64,000 nucleotides of DNA from Bacillota bacterium (GCA_014896355.1 JADBKO010000003.1:26077-90076), one strand, 5' to 3'; numbered from the stretch's first letter, positions 45,993 to 55,856 are shown. Notes: generated from the letters alone by a model not told the origin. Program-made: numbers and translations.

Positions 45993-47090
45993 TCACGTTG
46001 CACGCCGCGGGCCGGATCCCACCTCATTCACCTGCCGCGACAGATTGAGCAGGATACCGATGGCCGCCAGGGTAATGGCCAGAGACGAACCGCCGTAGCT
46101 GATGAGCGGCAGAGTGATACCGGTGACGGGCAGAACTCCGGAGATGACTCCAATGTTCATGAGAGCCTGAAAACCGATCAAGCTGGTCAGGCCGCAGCCC
46201 AGCAGGGTGCCGAAATAATCCGGCGCACGCAGGGCTATGCGGAAGCCGCGCCAGATGAACAGAAAGAAGAGGCCCAGCACCAGAAGGGTCCCCAGAAGGC
46301 CCATCTCCTCGCCGATAATGGCGAAAATGAAGTCCGTCTGGCTGGCCGGCAGATAGCTGAACTTTTGGCGGCTCTGCCCCAGACCTACGCCGAACAGCCC
46401 GCCGGAGCCGATGGCCAGGAGGGATTGGATGATCTGGTAGCCGGTGTCCTGGGGATCCTTCCACGGGTTGAAGAAAGCCAGCAGGCGTTCCATGCGGTAG
46501 GGCTCAGCCACCGCCAGATACACGAACGCCGGCAACGCCGCCGAACCCAGGACCAGGATATACAGGACAGAGGTTCCGCTGGCAAAAAGGGTGACCACGC
46601 TGGCGCCGGCCAGGACCAACACCCCGCCGAAATCCGGCTGGAGCATGATCAAGCCCACCATGAGCCCCAGGACCAACACGGGCAACAAGAAGACCCGAAA
46701 CCGTTTCAGGTTGTGGCGGGCTTGGTCGAAATGGCTGGCCAGCATCAGGATCATGGCCAGCTTCGCCACTTCCAACGGCTGCACATGGAAAAAGCCGATG
46801 CTGATCCAACCGCGGGTGCCGCCCAACTCCTGGCCGATGAAAAGCACCAACACCAGCAGGACCAAAGCCACGCTCACAGCAGGCCAGGCCCAGCGGCGAT
46901 AGACGTGGTAGTCCACGCGGCTGAAGAACCACAACAGGCCAAGACCCACTACGGCCCACAAAGCCTGGCGCTTGATGAAATAGTAGCTGTCCCCGAAATA
47001 CTGCCGGCCTACGGTGCTGCCGGCACTGAACACCATCACCAACCCCAAAGCCAGAAGCCCCAGGGTGGCAGCCAAGAGCACCGGATCCAT
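45993..47090 (-). CDS. ftsW: SEDS-family lipid II polymerase FtsW/SpoVE
   Basis: 365 aa and about 10 TM segments. Motifs include QPLEVAKLAMIL, FIFAIIGEEMGL and LPVTGITLPLISYGGSS. Confidence 0.9.
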   Translation of the reverse strand: MDPVLLAATLGLLALGLVMVFSAGSTVGRQYFGDSYYFIKRQALWAVVGLGLLWFFSRVDYHVYRRWAWPAVSVALVLLVLVLFIGQELGGTRGWISIGFFHVQPLEVAKLAMILMLASHFDQARHNLKRFRVFLLPVLVLGLMVGLIMLQPDFGGVLVLAGASVVTLFASGTSVLYILVLGSAALPAFVYLAVAEPYRMERLLAFFNPWKDPQDTGYQIIQSLLAIGSGGLFGVGLGQSRQKFSYLPASQTDFIFAIIGEEMGLLGTLLVLGLFFLFIWRGFRIALRAPDYFGTLLGCGLTSLIGFQALMNIGVISGVLPVTGITLPLISYGGSSLAITLAAIGILLNLSRQVNEVGSGPRRAT

Positions 47091-47122
47091 CTCCGCCCCC
47101 GTCCGGGGAGTGATCCGCAGCC

Positions 47123-48085
47123 TCAGAACGCGCCGGGGAGCAGGGCCAGCCCCAGAAGGATAAATCCCAGTTCGATCAGCCAGAATCGGATCACCACCTG
47201 CGTCTCCGGCCAGCCGGAAAGCTCAAAATGATGGTGCAACGGTGCCATGCGGAACACCCGGCGCCGCGTGGTCTTGTAGGATACCACCTGGATGATATCG
47301 GACAGGGCTTCCAGCACGAAAACACCGCCAAGGATGACCAGCAGAAGCTCCGTCTTGGTGTAAACCGCCAAGGATGCCAACAGGGCTCCCAGAGCCAGGG
47401 ACCCCGTGTCCCCCATGAACACCAGCGCCGGATAAGAATTGAACCAAATGAATCCCAGGCAGGCACCGACTCCCGCCGCGGCCAGGACCGCCAGGCCCGG
47501 ATCCCCGCTGTGCCCAGCCACCACCACGTACGCCACCAGCGTCAGCGCGGTCAGCCCTGCCGCCAATCCGTCCAGACCGTCGCTGAGATTCACGGCATTG
47601 GTGGTGCCGGTATACACGCCGATGAGCAACAGCACATACAGCCAAGGCGGCAATGACAGAAGATGGCCGTTCAGAGGCCAGATCAGATCCGGCCCCAAAG
47701 CAGGGTCCCGGACAACATATATGCCGATGACCGCTGCGATGATCACCTGGGCCAAGAGTTTCTGCCGGGCCTTCAGGCCCAGGGAACGATGCTCCAGGGT
47801 TTTTAGCAGATCATCGGCCAGCCCGATGAATCCGTAGGCCAGGGTGGCGAAAATCGCCCAGGCCATTCCCGGCGTGCGCGGCCCGACCACCAGTGCCGCA
47901 GCCACCAGAGGCAGAAGCAGAAAAACCCCGCCCATCGTGGGGGTTCCGGTTTTGACCGCATGAGTGGCGGGACCGTCGTCCCGCACGACCTGCCCCATCT
48001 TGAGACGGCCCAGGAAACGGATGGCCGGCACTCCCGCCAGCAGGGTCAACAGAAAAGCCAACCCCCCCGCGAACACGTACTGCAT
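47123..48085 (-). CDS. mraY: phospho-N-acetylmuramoyl-pentapeptide transferase
   Basis: Motifs are KTGTPTMGG, NAVNLSDGLDGLA, MGDTGSLALGA and APLHHHFE. Confidence 0.95.
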   Translation of the reverse strand: MQYVFAGGLAFLLTLLAGVPAIRFLGRLKMGQVVRDDGPATHAVKTGTPTMGGVFLLLPLVAAALVVGPRTPGMAWAIFATLAYGFIGLADDLLKTLEHRSLGLKARQKLLAQVIIAAVIGIYVVRDPALGPDLIWPLNGHLLSLPPWLYVLLLIGVYTGTTNAVNLSDGLDGLAAGLTALTLVAYVVVAGHSGDPGLAVLAAAGVGACLGFIWFNSYPALVFMGDTGSLALGALLASLAVYTKTELLLVILGGVFVLEALSDIIQVVSYKTTRRRVFRMAPLHHHFELSGWPETQVVIRFWLIELGFILLGLALLPGAF

Positions 48086-48097
48086 CTCGATCGGCTC

Positions 48098-49672
48098 CTA
48101 TTCTTGTGCGCCAGGGCCGGGGGCAGGCGCTCCCCGGCGGTCCTGCAACCGTTCCAAAATCCGTTCCATGCGCATGCCCCGCGACCCTTTCAGCAATACC
48201 CAGTCTCCCGGGGCCAACAGCTCGTCCACCGCCTGAGCCAGAGCGCCGGCATCTGCATATTGTGGCCAGTAGTGCACGCGCGCCGCTCCCATGCGCCGCG
48301 CCGCAGCCTCCGCCAGGTGGCGGCACTGGGGACCCAGGGCAAACAAGACGTCCACACCGCTTTCCGCCACCTTCTCACCGACCCGGCGGTGCAGCTCCGG
48401 GCTTTGCGACCCCAGTTCCAGCATGTCGCCCAGGATCGCGATGCGCCGCCGGGCCGGGCTCGCAGCCAACACCGCCAAGGCTGCGGCCACAGAGGAAGGG
48501 CTGGCATTGTAGGAGTCGTTGAGAAGCGTGACTGCCCCTGGCAGGTTCACCCGCTCCAAGCGCATCCCCCCGGGCCGGAACTGCGCCAGCCCTGCGGCCA
48601 CGTCTTCCAGGTCGGCCCCGGCTGCCAGAGCCGCCGCAGCCGCGGCCAGCGCGTTATTGACATTATGGAGGCCCGGAGCCGCCAGATGAACCTGCACCCA
48701 TTCCCCCGGGCCGGCCCGTAGGATGAAGTCCGCCCCTTCCACGCCACGCAGCCGGATGTCTTCGGCCCGGATCACGCGCTCCACTCCTAGGGAGCTCCCC
48801 TCTCCGTCCAGATCCCCAACCGGAGAGGAGGCTTCCCCGCCTGTCAGGCGGCCACCCGCCGCGGAGGCTGCGGATTGGGCCTCGTAAAAGGCCCAAATAC
48901 GGGCCGCAACCCGCTTCTTCTGGGCCCATACCCAAGGATTGGAGGCATTCAGGATCGCCACGCCGTCTGCAGGCAAGGCCTCCACCAGCTCCCCCTTGGC
49001 CCGGCCGATGGCCTCCAAGCTCCCCAGAAGCTCCAGGTGCACCGGGCTCACAGTGGTGATGGCCCCCACCTGGGGGCGGGCGATGGCGGCCAGCGCCGCA
49101 ATCTGGCCCGGCCCCCGCATGCCCATCTCCAGCACCAACCGCTCCACGGGCTCTTCCAGGTTGGCCAGGGTCAGCGGCAGACCGATCTCGTTGTTGTAGT
49201 TGCCGACGTTACTGGCAGTGGCATAGCGTCGGGAGAGGATGGCCGCGATCATGTCCTTGGTGGTGGTCTTCCCGTTGGACCCCGTGACCGCCACGCACAG
49301 CGCGCCCAAGCGTGCCCGCCGGTAGGCCGCCAGGCGTCCCAGCGCCGCCAGGGGTTCGTCCACTGCCACGGCGAAATGCTGGTCCGGCTGCATGGGAGGA
49401 AGCACACCACCGGCAGCCAACCAACTCTTTCGCACCAAACAGCCGGAGGCCCCCCGGCGGAAGGCTTCTGCCAGAAACCTGTGGCCGTCCTGGTGTTCCC
49501 CCTGCAAGGGAACGAAGACCTCGCCGCCGGCCAAGGTGCGGGTATCAATGGCGAAACCCCGGCCCTGCAGCCCTTCTGTGCCGAAGATCAACTCGCCCTG
49601 GCAAGCCCGGGCGATCTCCCCGGCGCTCCACGGATGGGCCCTTCCCGGTGCAGCCTGCGGTTCATTGCCCAT
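48098..49672 (-). CDS. murF: UDP-MurNAc-tripeptide--D-alanyl-D-alanine ligase
   Basis: ATG 49672 overlaps the murE stop by 11 nt. The N-terminus is AIDTRTLAGGEVFVPLQGEHQDGHRF, the P-loop is VTGSNGKTTTKDM, and NDSYNASP is present. Confidence 0.85.
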   Translation of the reverse strand: MGNEPQAAPGRAHPWSAGEIARACQGELIFGTEGLQGRGFAIDTRTLAGGEVFVPLQGEHQDGHRFLAEAFRRGASGCLVRKSWLAAGGVLPPMQPDQHFAVAVDEPLAALGRLAAYRRARLGALCVAVTGSNGKTTTKDMIAAILSRRYATASNVGNYNNEIGLPLTLANLEEPVERLVLEMGMRGPGQIAALAAIARPQVGAITTVSPVHLELLGSLEAIGRAKGELVEALPADGVAILNASNPWVWAQKKRVAARIWAFYEAQSAASAAGGRLTGGEASSPVGDLDGEGSSLGVERVIRAEDIRLRGVEGADFILRAGPGEWVQVHLAAPGLHNVNNALAAAAAALAAGADLEDVAAGLAQFRPGGMRLERVNLPGAVTLLNDSYNASPSSVAAALAVLAASPARRRIAILGDMLELGSQSPELHRRVGEKVAESGVDVLFALGPQCRHLAEAAARRMGAARVHYWPQYADAGALAQAVDELLAPGDWVLLKGSRGMRMERILERLQDRRGAPAPGPGAQE

Positions 49673-51260
49673 GGACGGCCGTTTCCCCTTCCGCCGCATA
49701 GCCGGCTTCACGCAGCGCCTGGCCAGCCACTTCGCGGTCATCAAAATGGATGGTCCGGTCCTGGAAGATCTGATACGTTTCGTGGCCTTTGCCAGCGATC
49801 AGCACCACATCGCCGGGCCGCGCCAGGCGCACGGCCCTGTGAATGGCCTCCGCCCGATCCACCACCGTCTCGTGGCGTCGGACGCCCAAGGCCTTCTCCG
49901 CCTCCAGCACCCCGTTCTCCACTTCCTGACAGATGCGGACCGGGTCCTCGCTGCGCGGGTTATCCGTGGTGATGATAACCCAATCCGCCAAGCGGGCACC
50001 GATGCTGCCCATGATGGGACGCTTGCCCCGGTCCCGGTCACCGCCGCAGCCGAAAGCCACAATGACGCGGCCTTTGGTCAGAGCCCGGGCCGCCTGCAAG
50101 ACATTCTGCAACCCGTCAGGAGTGTGGGCGTAATCCACCACCACGGCAAAGGGCTGCCCGTAGTGTAGGGCCTGAAAACGTCCGGGCACACCGGCAACCT
50201 GCTCCAAGCCCTTCTGGTAGGCGGCCTGGTCCGTTCCCAGCGCCAGGCCCACGCCCAGTGCGGCCAGAGAGTTATAGACATTGAAGTGGCCGGTCAGGCG
50301 CAGCCGGACCTCCCTCTCGCCTTCATGAGTGTGCAAAAGGAATCGGGTCCCATGAGGTTCCACCTGCACATGGCTGGCCCAAAGGTCCCCGCCCTCGAAC
50401 CGCGTGCTGTAAGTCAAGGGCCCGGGGGGACAGCGGGCCAGAATTGCGTCGGCGTGAGGATCGTCGGCATTGACCACCGCCCTTGCCGGCGCTTGCAGGC
50501 GGGAGAAGAAGCTGGCTTTGACGGCCAGATACTCCTCGAACGTCCGGTGGAAGTCCAGGTGGTCCTGGGTGATGTTCGTGAAGACCCCCGCCTGAAACTC
50601 AGTTCCTTCCAAACGCTTCAAGGCCACGGAGTGGGAGGAAACTTCCATGACCACGTCCTGGATCCCCGCCTGCACCATCTGGCTGAACATGGCCTGCAGA
50701 TCCAGGGATTCCGGAGTCGTATGGATGGCAGGCAGCGCCCGGTCCTCCATGAGATTCGCGATGGTGCCGATGAGCCCCACCCGCCGCCCGCACTGGCGCA
50801 GGCCTTGGCGGATCAGGTATGTGGTGGTGGTTTTCCCGTTGGTTCCCGTGACGCCGATGACCCGCAGGCGCCGGCTGGGATATCCATAAAAGCGCGCTGA
50901 CAAAAGACCCAGCGCCGCCCGGCTGTCCTGCACCCGCACCTGGGTCACCGACGCCGGCAACGAAAGCCAGCGCTCTCCCACCACCGCCACAGCCCCGCGC
51001 CGGACCGCCTCCTCAGCAAAATCGTGACCGTCCACACGGAATCCGCGGATTGCCACGAACACCTGGCCCGCTTTCACCTGGCGCGAATCGTAGGCCAGTC
51101 CGGCCACATCCTGGTCCAGCGACCCTTTTGCGTCCAAGGCCAAACCTTCGATCAGACCCTCCAGCTTCACCTGCTCCACCGCCCTCTTGCGTTGCCAGGA
51201 AATGTCACAACCTGCAGAAAATCCCTTTGAGAACTCTCCTACAGGATGCGACCCACGCAT
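49662..51260 (-). CDS. murE: UDP-MurNAc-L-Ala-D-Glu--2,6-diaminopimelate ligase
   Basis: Motifs are YDSRQVKAGQVFVAIRGFRVDGHDF and the P-loop VTGTNGKTTT. The DNPR motif (IITTDNPRSEDP) is typical of meso-DAP-adding enzymes. The true start may be an internal GTG near 51165. Confidence 0.9.
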   Translation of the reverse strand: MRGSHPVGEFSKGFSAGCDISWQRKRAVEQVKLEGLIEGLALDAKGSLDQDVAGLAYDSRQVKAGQVFVAIRGFRVDGHDFAEEAVRRGAVAVVGERWLSLPASVTQVRVQDSRAALGLLSARFYGYPSRRLRVIGVTGTNGKTTTTYLIRQGLRQCGRRVGLIGTIANLMEDRALPAIHTTPESLDLQAMFSQMVQAGIQDVVMEVSSHSVALKRLEGTEFQAGVFTNITQDHLDFHRTFEEYLAVKASFFSRLQAPARAVVNADDPHADAILARCPPGPLTYSTRFEGGDLWASHVQVEPHGTRFLLHTHEGEREVRLRLTGHFNVYNSLAALGVGLALGTDQAAYQKGLEQVAGVPGRFQALHYGQPFAVVVDYAHTPDGLQNVLQAARALTKGRVIVAFGCGGDRDRGKRPIMGSIGARLADWVIITTDNPRSEDPVRICQEVENGVLEAEKALGVRRHETVVDRAEAIHRAVRLARPGDVVLIAGKGHETYQIFQDRTIHFDDREVAGQALREAGYAAEGETAVHGQ

Positions 51261-51287
51261 TGGTTTTATTCCCGGCTTTGCGGTTTG

Positions 51288-53492
51288 TCAAGGCGTTGGC
51301 GGGCCGAAGGTCACCGTCACCGTGCTGCCCCGGGGCAAGGCGGACCCCGGCGGCGGCGTTTGACGCACCGCCAGGCCGCTGCCGACGATGCGCAGCCGCA
51401 AGCCCAGGCGGCCCAAGGCGTCGGCCGCATCCCGCATGCCCAACCCCCGTAGGTCCGGCAGCACCACCGTGCCATCGCCGTTTCCGGAGACAGCGCCCGC
51501 ACGCCCCAAGGCCGCGGCATAGGGCTGCGTCCCCTGCTCACCCGGCGCTGGCGGGGTCTCGCCTGGATAGACACCGTCAGCCCCACCCCCTGCGGCGGTG
51601 TACAGGAGGACCGACGTGCCTTCGCGCACCTGGGTTCCGGGCCGCGGCGTTTGATCCACCACGACGCTGCCGCCCCCCACCACCTGCCCTCGGAGCCCCA
51701 CAGCAGCCAGTTTATCCAGGGCCTCGCTGGTCAGCAGGTTCAGGGCGTTGGGCACTGCCACCTGCGCGCCGATTCCGGCCTTGCCGAGCTCCTCCGCAGA
51801 AAAGCGCGGCGGCACCCGCAGATACTCCAGGATATCGCTGACGGCAGCCTGGAACACCGGCGCGGCGATGACGCCTCCGTACGTGATGGCGCTTTTGGGC
51901 TCATACAAGGCCACCAGAGCTGCCACCTTCGGATCGTCGAAGGGAGCAAAACCCACGAAGGACGCGATGACTTTGCCCGGAACATAGCGCCCTCCTTCGG
52001 GCACCTGGGCCGTGCCGGTCTTTCCCGCCACACGGAAGCCGGGGATATCCGCCCGCGCCCCGGAACCGTTCACCACCACGGAGCGCAGAATCCGCGCCAT
52101 GCTGGCGGCGGTCTGGGGCGAGATGGCCCGCCGGATCACCTCCGGAGGGAACTCCTTCACCAGTTTCCCGTCCGGCGTACGAATCTCCCGGGCCAAGTGT
52201 GGGCGCATGACGAGCCCACCGTTGGCGATGGTGCAGACCGCATTCAACAGCTGCAACGGTGTGACGCTGATCCCCTGGCCGAAACCGGTGGTGGCCCACG
52301 CCACCCTGGGGACGCTGCCGGGCTTGTTCACCATGCCTGCGGCTTCCCCGGGAAAGTCAATGCCGGTAGGCTCGCCGAAGCCAAAGGCACGGATGTACTG
52401 ATAAAACCGTTCCGGGCCTAGTTCCACTCCCAGCTGGGCGAACACGGGGTTACAGGAATTCTCTGTGGCTTCCACGAAATTCTCACTGCCATGCCCGCCG
52501 GACAGCCAGCAATGCATCGTGACGCCGTCAATGGTCACAAACCCCGGGTCGAAGAAACGCCGGTCCGGCGTGGTGACTCCCGCCTCTAATGCAGCGGCGG
52601 CTGTGACCACCTTGAAGGTGGATCCCGGTTCGTACTGGTCCGTCACGGCGAAATTACGGCGGTTCTGCGGCGGGTAGTCCGCGTAGTCGTTTGGGTCGAA
52701 GGAGGGATAAGTGGCCAGGGCCAGGATTTCCCCGGTCCGCGGATTCATGACCAGAAGCAGGCCCCGTGCAGCCCGTGTCTCCAGCACGGCCCGGCGCAGC
52801 TCCCGCTCGGCGATGAACTGGATCACCCGGTCCAGCGTGAGAACCAGGGAGTCTCCGTCGCGGGCCGGCAGGTAGCGATGGATTCCACCCGGGATCTCCA
52901 CCCCTTTGGCATCCCGCTCTGCCACCACTTTTCCTGGCACGCCGCGGAGGTAGCGGTCGTAATAAAATTCCAGGCCTTCCAGTCCCTGGTTGTCGATGCC
53001 GGCTATGCCCAGGGTGCTGGCCGCCAGCTCCCCGTTGGGATAGTAACGCTGTGGGTTCTCCACCACTCCGATTCCGGGCAGGCGCAGGCTACGGACGCCC
53101 TTTGCCTCCGCATCCGAGACCTGTTTCTTGATCCAGACCGTCCCCACCCGCTGCTGCAGCTTTTGCAGCAACACATCCTGCGGCTGGTGAAGGATCGAGG
53201 CCAGGGCCCGGGCGGTGGCGGGCTTGTCTTTGACTTCCACCGGCGTGGCATAAACCGCCGCCGCACTGACGCTCACAGCCAGCTTCTCCATGTTGCGATC
53301 GTAGATCATGCCGCGCTGAGCGTCCACGGGCACCGGCCAGAGCCGTTGCTTCAAGGCCAGATTCGTGAGGGAATAGTTTTGCACCACCTGCAGCTGAACC
53401 ATCCGCGCAGCCAGGAGAAGGATAAAAAGGCTGAAGAACAAGAAAAGCCATGCCACGCGGCGTTTGATCTCCAGCTCCGTGGCGGTCTGCAA
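51288..53492 (-). CDS. class B penicillin-binding protein (FtsI/SpoVD/PBP2B type) with two C-terminal PASTA domains
   Basis: The TTG start is preceded by AGGAGGG. It has a TM anchor, a dimerisation domain, and transpeptidase motifs STFKV (SxxK) and KTGTAQ (KTG). Two PASTA-like repeats are present (VPNALNLLTSEALDKLAAVGL...; VLPDLRGLGMRDAADALGRLGL...). Confidence 0.9.
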   Translation of the reverse strand: MQTATELEIKRRVAWLFLFFSLFILLLAARMVQLQVVQNYSLTNLALKQRLWPVPVDAQRGMIYDRNMEKLAVSVSAAAVYATPVEVKDKPATARALASILHQPQDVLLQKLQQRVGTVWIKKQVSDAEAKGVRSLRLPGIGVVENPQRYYPNGELAASTLGIAGIDNQGLEGLEFYYDRYLRGVPGKVVAERDAKGVEIPGGIHRYLPARDGDSLVLTLDRVIQFIAERELRRAVLETRAARGLLLVMNPRTGEILALATYPSFDPNDYADYPPQNRRNFAVTDQYEPGSTFKVVTAAAALEAGVTTPDRRFFDPGFVTIDGVTMHCWLSGGHGSENFVEATENSCNPVFAQLGVELGPERFYQYIRAFGFGEPTGIDFPGEAAGMVNKPGSVPRVAWATTGFGQGISVTPLQLLNAVCTIANGGLVMRPHLAREIRTPDGKLVKEFPPEVIRRAISPQTAASMARILRSVVVNGSGARADIPGFRVAGKTGTAQVPEGGRYVPGKVIASFVGFAPFDDPKVAALVALYEPKSAITYGGVIAAPVFQAAVSDILEYLRVPPRFSAEELGKAGIGAQVAVPNALNLLTSEALDKLAAVGLRGQVVGGGSVVVDQTPRPGTQVREGTSVLLYTAAGGGADGVYPGETPPAPGEQGTQPYAAALGRAGAVSGNGDGTVVLPDLRGLGMRDAADALGRLGLRLRIVGSGLAVRQTPPPGSALPRGSTVTVTFGPPTP

Positions 53493-53504
53493 ACCGGTTC
53501 CCTC

Positions 53505-54017
53505 CTAACGGTTTGCTGCCTGGCGTTGCGCGGCCCAGGCCGTATTTGCCTGTGCTGTTTGGGCGTTGGCCAGCTGGCTTTCAGCCATCCGACCGCGATC
53601 CGTCCCGTGGCCGGACGGCGACGCCGGCAGCTCCACGACCAGCACCTGGCCGGGCTGCGGCCACACCATCCCGAGCTTCTGGCGGGCAGTCTGTTCGATG
53701 CGCTCGAGCGAGCCCAGGGCCGCCAGCTCCGCTTTCAGCTGCGAGTTACGGTCCAGTTCGTATTGCCAGCTCCGCTGTTCTGCCGCCAGCTTCTCGCCTG
53801 CGCCGGTGATGGCAACCCGCTCCCCTACATAAAGGAAAAGCAGGAGCCCGGCAGCCAGAATGGCCAGCGCCGCCTGGGCCGCAGGATAAAGCCGGTAGCG
53901 GGTGCGAACGCGGTGGCGGAACACAGCGGTGCGCCGGCCGACGGCAGGCCGGTCTTTCTCCTCGGGAACGTACAGTTGCCGGGCCAGACTTCCTTCGATG
54001 CCTTGGTACGGTTTCAT
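53505..54017 (-). CDS. ftsL: FtsL-like cell division protein
   Basis: Bitopic protein with a TM helix (AALAILAAGLLLFLYV), then a coiled-coil (EQRSWQYELDRNSQLKAELAAL) and ERIEQTARQKLGMVWP. It occupies the canonical slot between rsmH and the PBP gene. Confidence 0.75.
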   Translation of the reverse strand: MKPYQGIEGSLARQLYVPEEKDRPAVGRRTAVFRHRVRTRYRLYPAAQAALAILAAGLLLFLYVGERVAITGAGEKLAAEQRSWQYELDRNSQLKAELAALGSLERIEQTARQKLGMVWPQPGQVLVVELPASPSGHGTDRGRMAESQLANAQTAQANTAWAAQRQAANR

Positions 54018-54081
54018 GGTATGAGCAGGCCTTCTTTCCTAGAACGTAACATCCTGGACGTCCTGTCCGCGCGGTTGCTGC

Positions 54082-55080
54082 CTAACTCACCCGCATGGCC
54101 GCCCGGAGATGGGCGCTGCGGGCGCGCCGGTTGAACTCCACCTCCACTTCGCCCGGCTCCAGGGGATGGCGGGTCAAGAGGATCATCCTCTGCACCCTCC
54201 CGCAACGGCACTCCGGCAAGCCCGGCGGGCAAGTGCAGATGCCGCTTTGCTGCCGCAGGAAATCCTTCACCAGCCGGTCCTCCAACGAGTGAAAAGAGAT
54301 CACCACCAGCCGTCCGCCCAGAGTCAGCCGCTCGGCCACAACATGCAAAGCGCTATCGAGGTTCTCCAGCTCATGGTTTACCGCCATGCGCAGGGCCTGA
54401 AACGTTCGCCGAGCCGGGTGGCCCCCATGGCGCCGCGCGGCGGCGGGAATGGCGGCCTTCACCACTTCGACCAGTTGTCCGCTCGTCTCCAAAGGCGCTT
54501 TCCGCCGGGCCGTGCAAATGAAGCGGGCGATGCGCCGAGCCCAATGTTCCTCACCGTAATCCCGCAAAATCCGGGCCAATTCCGCCTCCGGCCAAGTGTT
54601 CACGATCTCTCTGGCAGTCAGGGGCTGCGTCTGATCCATGCGCATGTCCAGGGGGACATCCTGCCGGTACGTGAAGCCGCGGGTTTCGTCGTCCAGCTGC
54701 AGGGAGGAGACCCCCAGGTCAAACAGAGCACCGTCCAGCTGAGCAATGCCCGCCTCCTGCAGGGCTTGGTCCACCTGGGCGTAGTTCATATGAAAAAGCC
54801 AAACCGGGCTCTGCCCGCGAGCCAAAAAGTGCAGGGAGGAGGAATCCTCGAACCATCCCTGCGCCGGCCCGGGCGCTCCCAGACGCTGGGCAGCCAGGCG
54901 CAGAGCTTGGAGGTCCTGATCGACGCCGACGAGGGTGGCACCCGGAGCCTGCGTCAACAGCAGGTGGGCATGTCCGCCCAACCCGACGGTGGCATCCAGG
55001 TAGACCCGGCCAGGCCGCGGTTGCAGCAGGCCCACCGCCTCTTCCGCCAAGACCGGAATGTGCCGGATCTCCGGCTCCAT
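54082..55080 (-). CDS. rsmH: 16S rRNA (cytosine1402-N4)-methyltransferase
   Basis: ATG 55080 follows GGAAAGGAAG. Motifs are HIPVLAEEAVGLL, YLDATVGLGGHA, FDLGVSSLQLD and SFHSLEDRLVK. The upstream 88 codons of the track ORF are spurious. Confidence 0.9.
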   Translation of the reverse strand: MEPEIRHIPVLAEEAVGLLQPRPGRVYLDATVGLGGHAHLLLTQAPGATLVGVDQDLQALRLAAQRLGAPGPAQGWFEDSSSLHFLARGQSPVWLFHMNYAQVDQALQEAGIAQLDGALFDLGVSSLQLDDETRGFTYRQDVPLDMRMDQTQPLTAREIVNTWPEAELARILRDYGEEHWARRIARFICTARRKAPLETSGQLVEVVKAAIPAAARRHGGHPARRTFQALRMAVNHELENLDSALHVVAERLTLGGRLVVISFHSLEDRLVKDFLRQQSGICTCPPGLPECRCGRVQRMILLTRHPLEPGEVEVEFNRRARSAHLRAAMRVS

Positions 55081-55145
55081 GCTCGTTCTTCCTTTCCTGA
55101 CTCCGCCGGCCTCCGGTTCGTCTAGCAAACGGCCAGATCGGGAAA

Positions 55146-55577
55146 TCAGATGCCCAAATCGATCAGGTTCTCCGCGATCTTTCCAAAGGAAGAAGCTGCT
55201 TCTTGGCTGTATTGGCTCCAGCGTTGTTGGCTCCAGATTTCGGCACGGTTGCCGACCCCGATGATCACCACGTCCCGCTCGATCCCGGCATACTCCCGCA
55301 GGTTGGCAGGCAGTATGATTCTTCCCTGGCGGTCCGGTTCGCACTCACTGGCCCCCGCCAGCAGAAAGCGGACGAAGGACCGGGCGTCGGCCTTGGTCAA
55401 GGGCAGGCTCTGCAACTTTTGTTCCAGCGCCGCCCATTGGGCAGGGGCAAACAGAAATATGCACTGATCCAGCCCCCGGGTCACCACGCACTGTTCTCCC
55501 AGCTCTTGACGGAATCGGGAGGGGATGATCAGGCGGCCCTTCTCATCCAGGGCATGCTGGTACTCGCCCATGAACAC
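55146..55577 (-). CDS. mraZ: transcriptional regulator MraZ
   Basis: GTG 55577 gives (M)FMGEYQHALDEKGRLIIPSRFR..., matching the canonical MFMGEY N-terminus. The second half-domain reads CEPDRQGRIILPANLREYAGI. Confidence 0.9.
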   Translation of the reverse strand: MFMGEYQHALDEKGRLIIPSRFRQELGEQCVVTRGLDQCIFLFAPAQWAALEQKLQSLPLTKADARSFVRFLLAGASECEPDRQGRIILPANLREYAGIERDVVIIGVGNRAEIWSQQRWSQYSQEAASSFGKIAENLIDLGI

Positions 55578-55620
55578 CGGAAGAACCGCCTCCCTTCCCT
55601 CAGCCACCCAGCCGGGACTG

Positions 55621-55648
55621 TTCCCCACTTTCCCCCACTTTACACCAC
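55621..55648 (-). promoter_or_regulatory. three 10-bp-phased GTGG(T/G)G direct repeats, a candidate MraZ operator
   Basis: The minus strand reads GTGGTGTAAA GTGGGGGAAA GTGGGGAA, about 45-75 nt upstream of the mraZ start. MraZ proteins are known to bind serial GTGGG-type repeats with 10-bp periodicity. Confidence 0.6.
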
Positions 55649-55763
55649 TACTTCGCGATTTCTCCCCCAATTCCTTCCACCATGAGGACCTGGTCCGAGC
55701 AAACAGGACGTCATCTCCCGATATTGCTCATTACGTCCGCCAGCCCCCGCCCGAGACGTTCAC

Positions 55764-55779
55764 TCTATCTGTAGATAGA
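55764..55779. promoter_or_regulatory. 7-2-7 palindrome upstream of mraZ
   Basis: TCTATCT-GT-AGATAGA, AT-rich, between the rnpB terminator and the MraZ boxes. Confidence 0.4.
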
Positions 55780-55801
55780 CAGCAGCCGATGCCGGGCGTA
55801 C

Positions 55802-55841
55802 AAAAAAAAACAGGTGGCCGGGGTCGTTCCCCGGCCACCTG
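55802..55841 (-). terminator. rho-independent terminator of rnpB
   Basis: The minus strand reads CAGGTGGCCGGGG-AACGA-CCCCGGCCACCTG followed by nine T. Confidence 0.9.
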
Positions 55842-55856
55842 CCGTGTGTTGCATGG

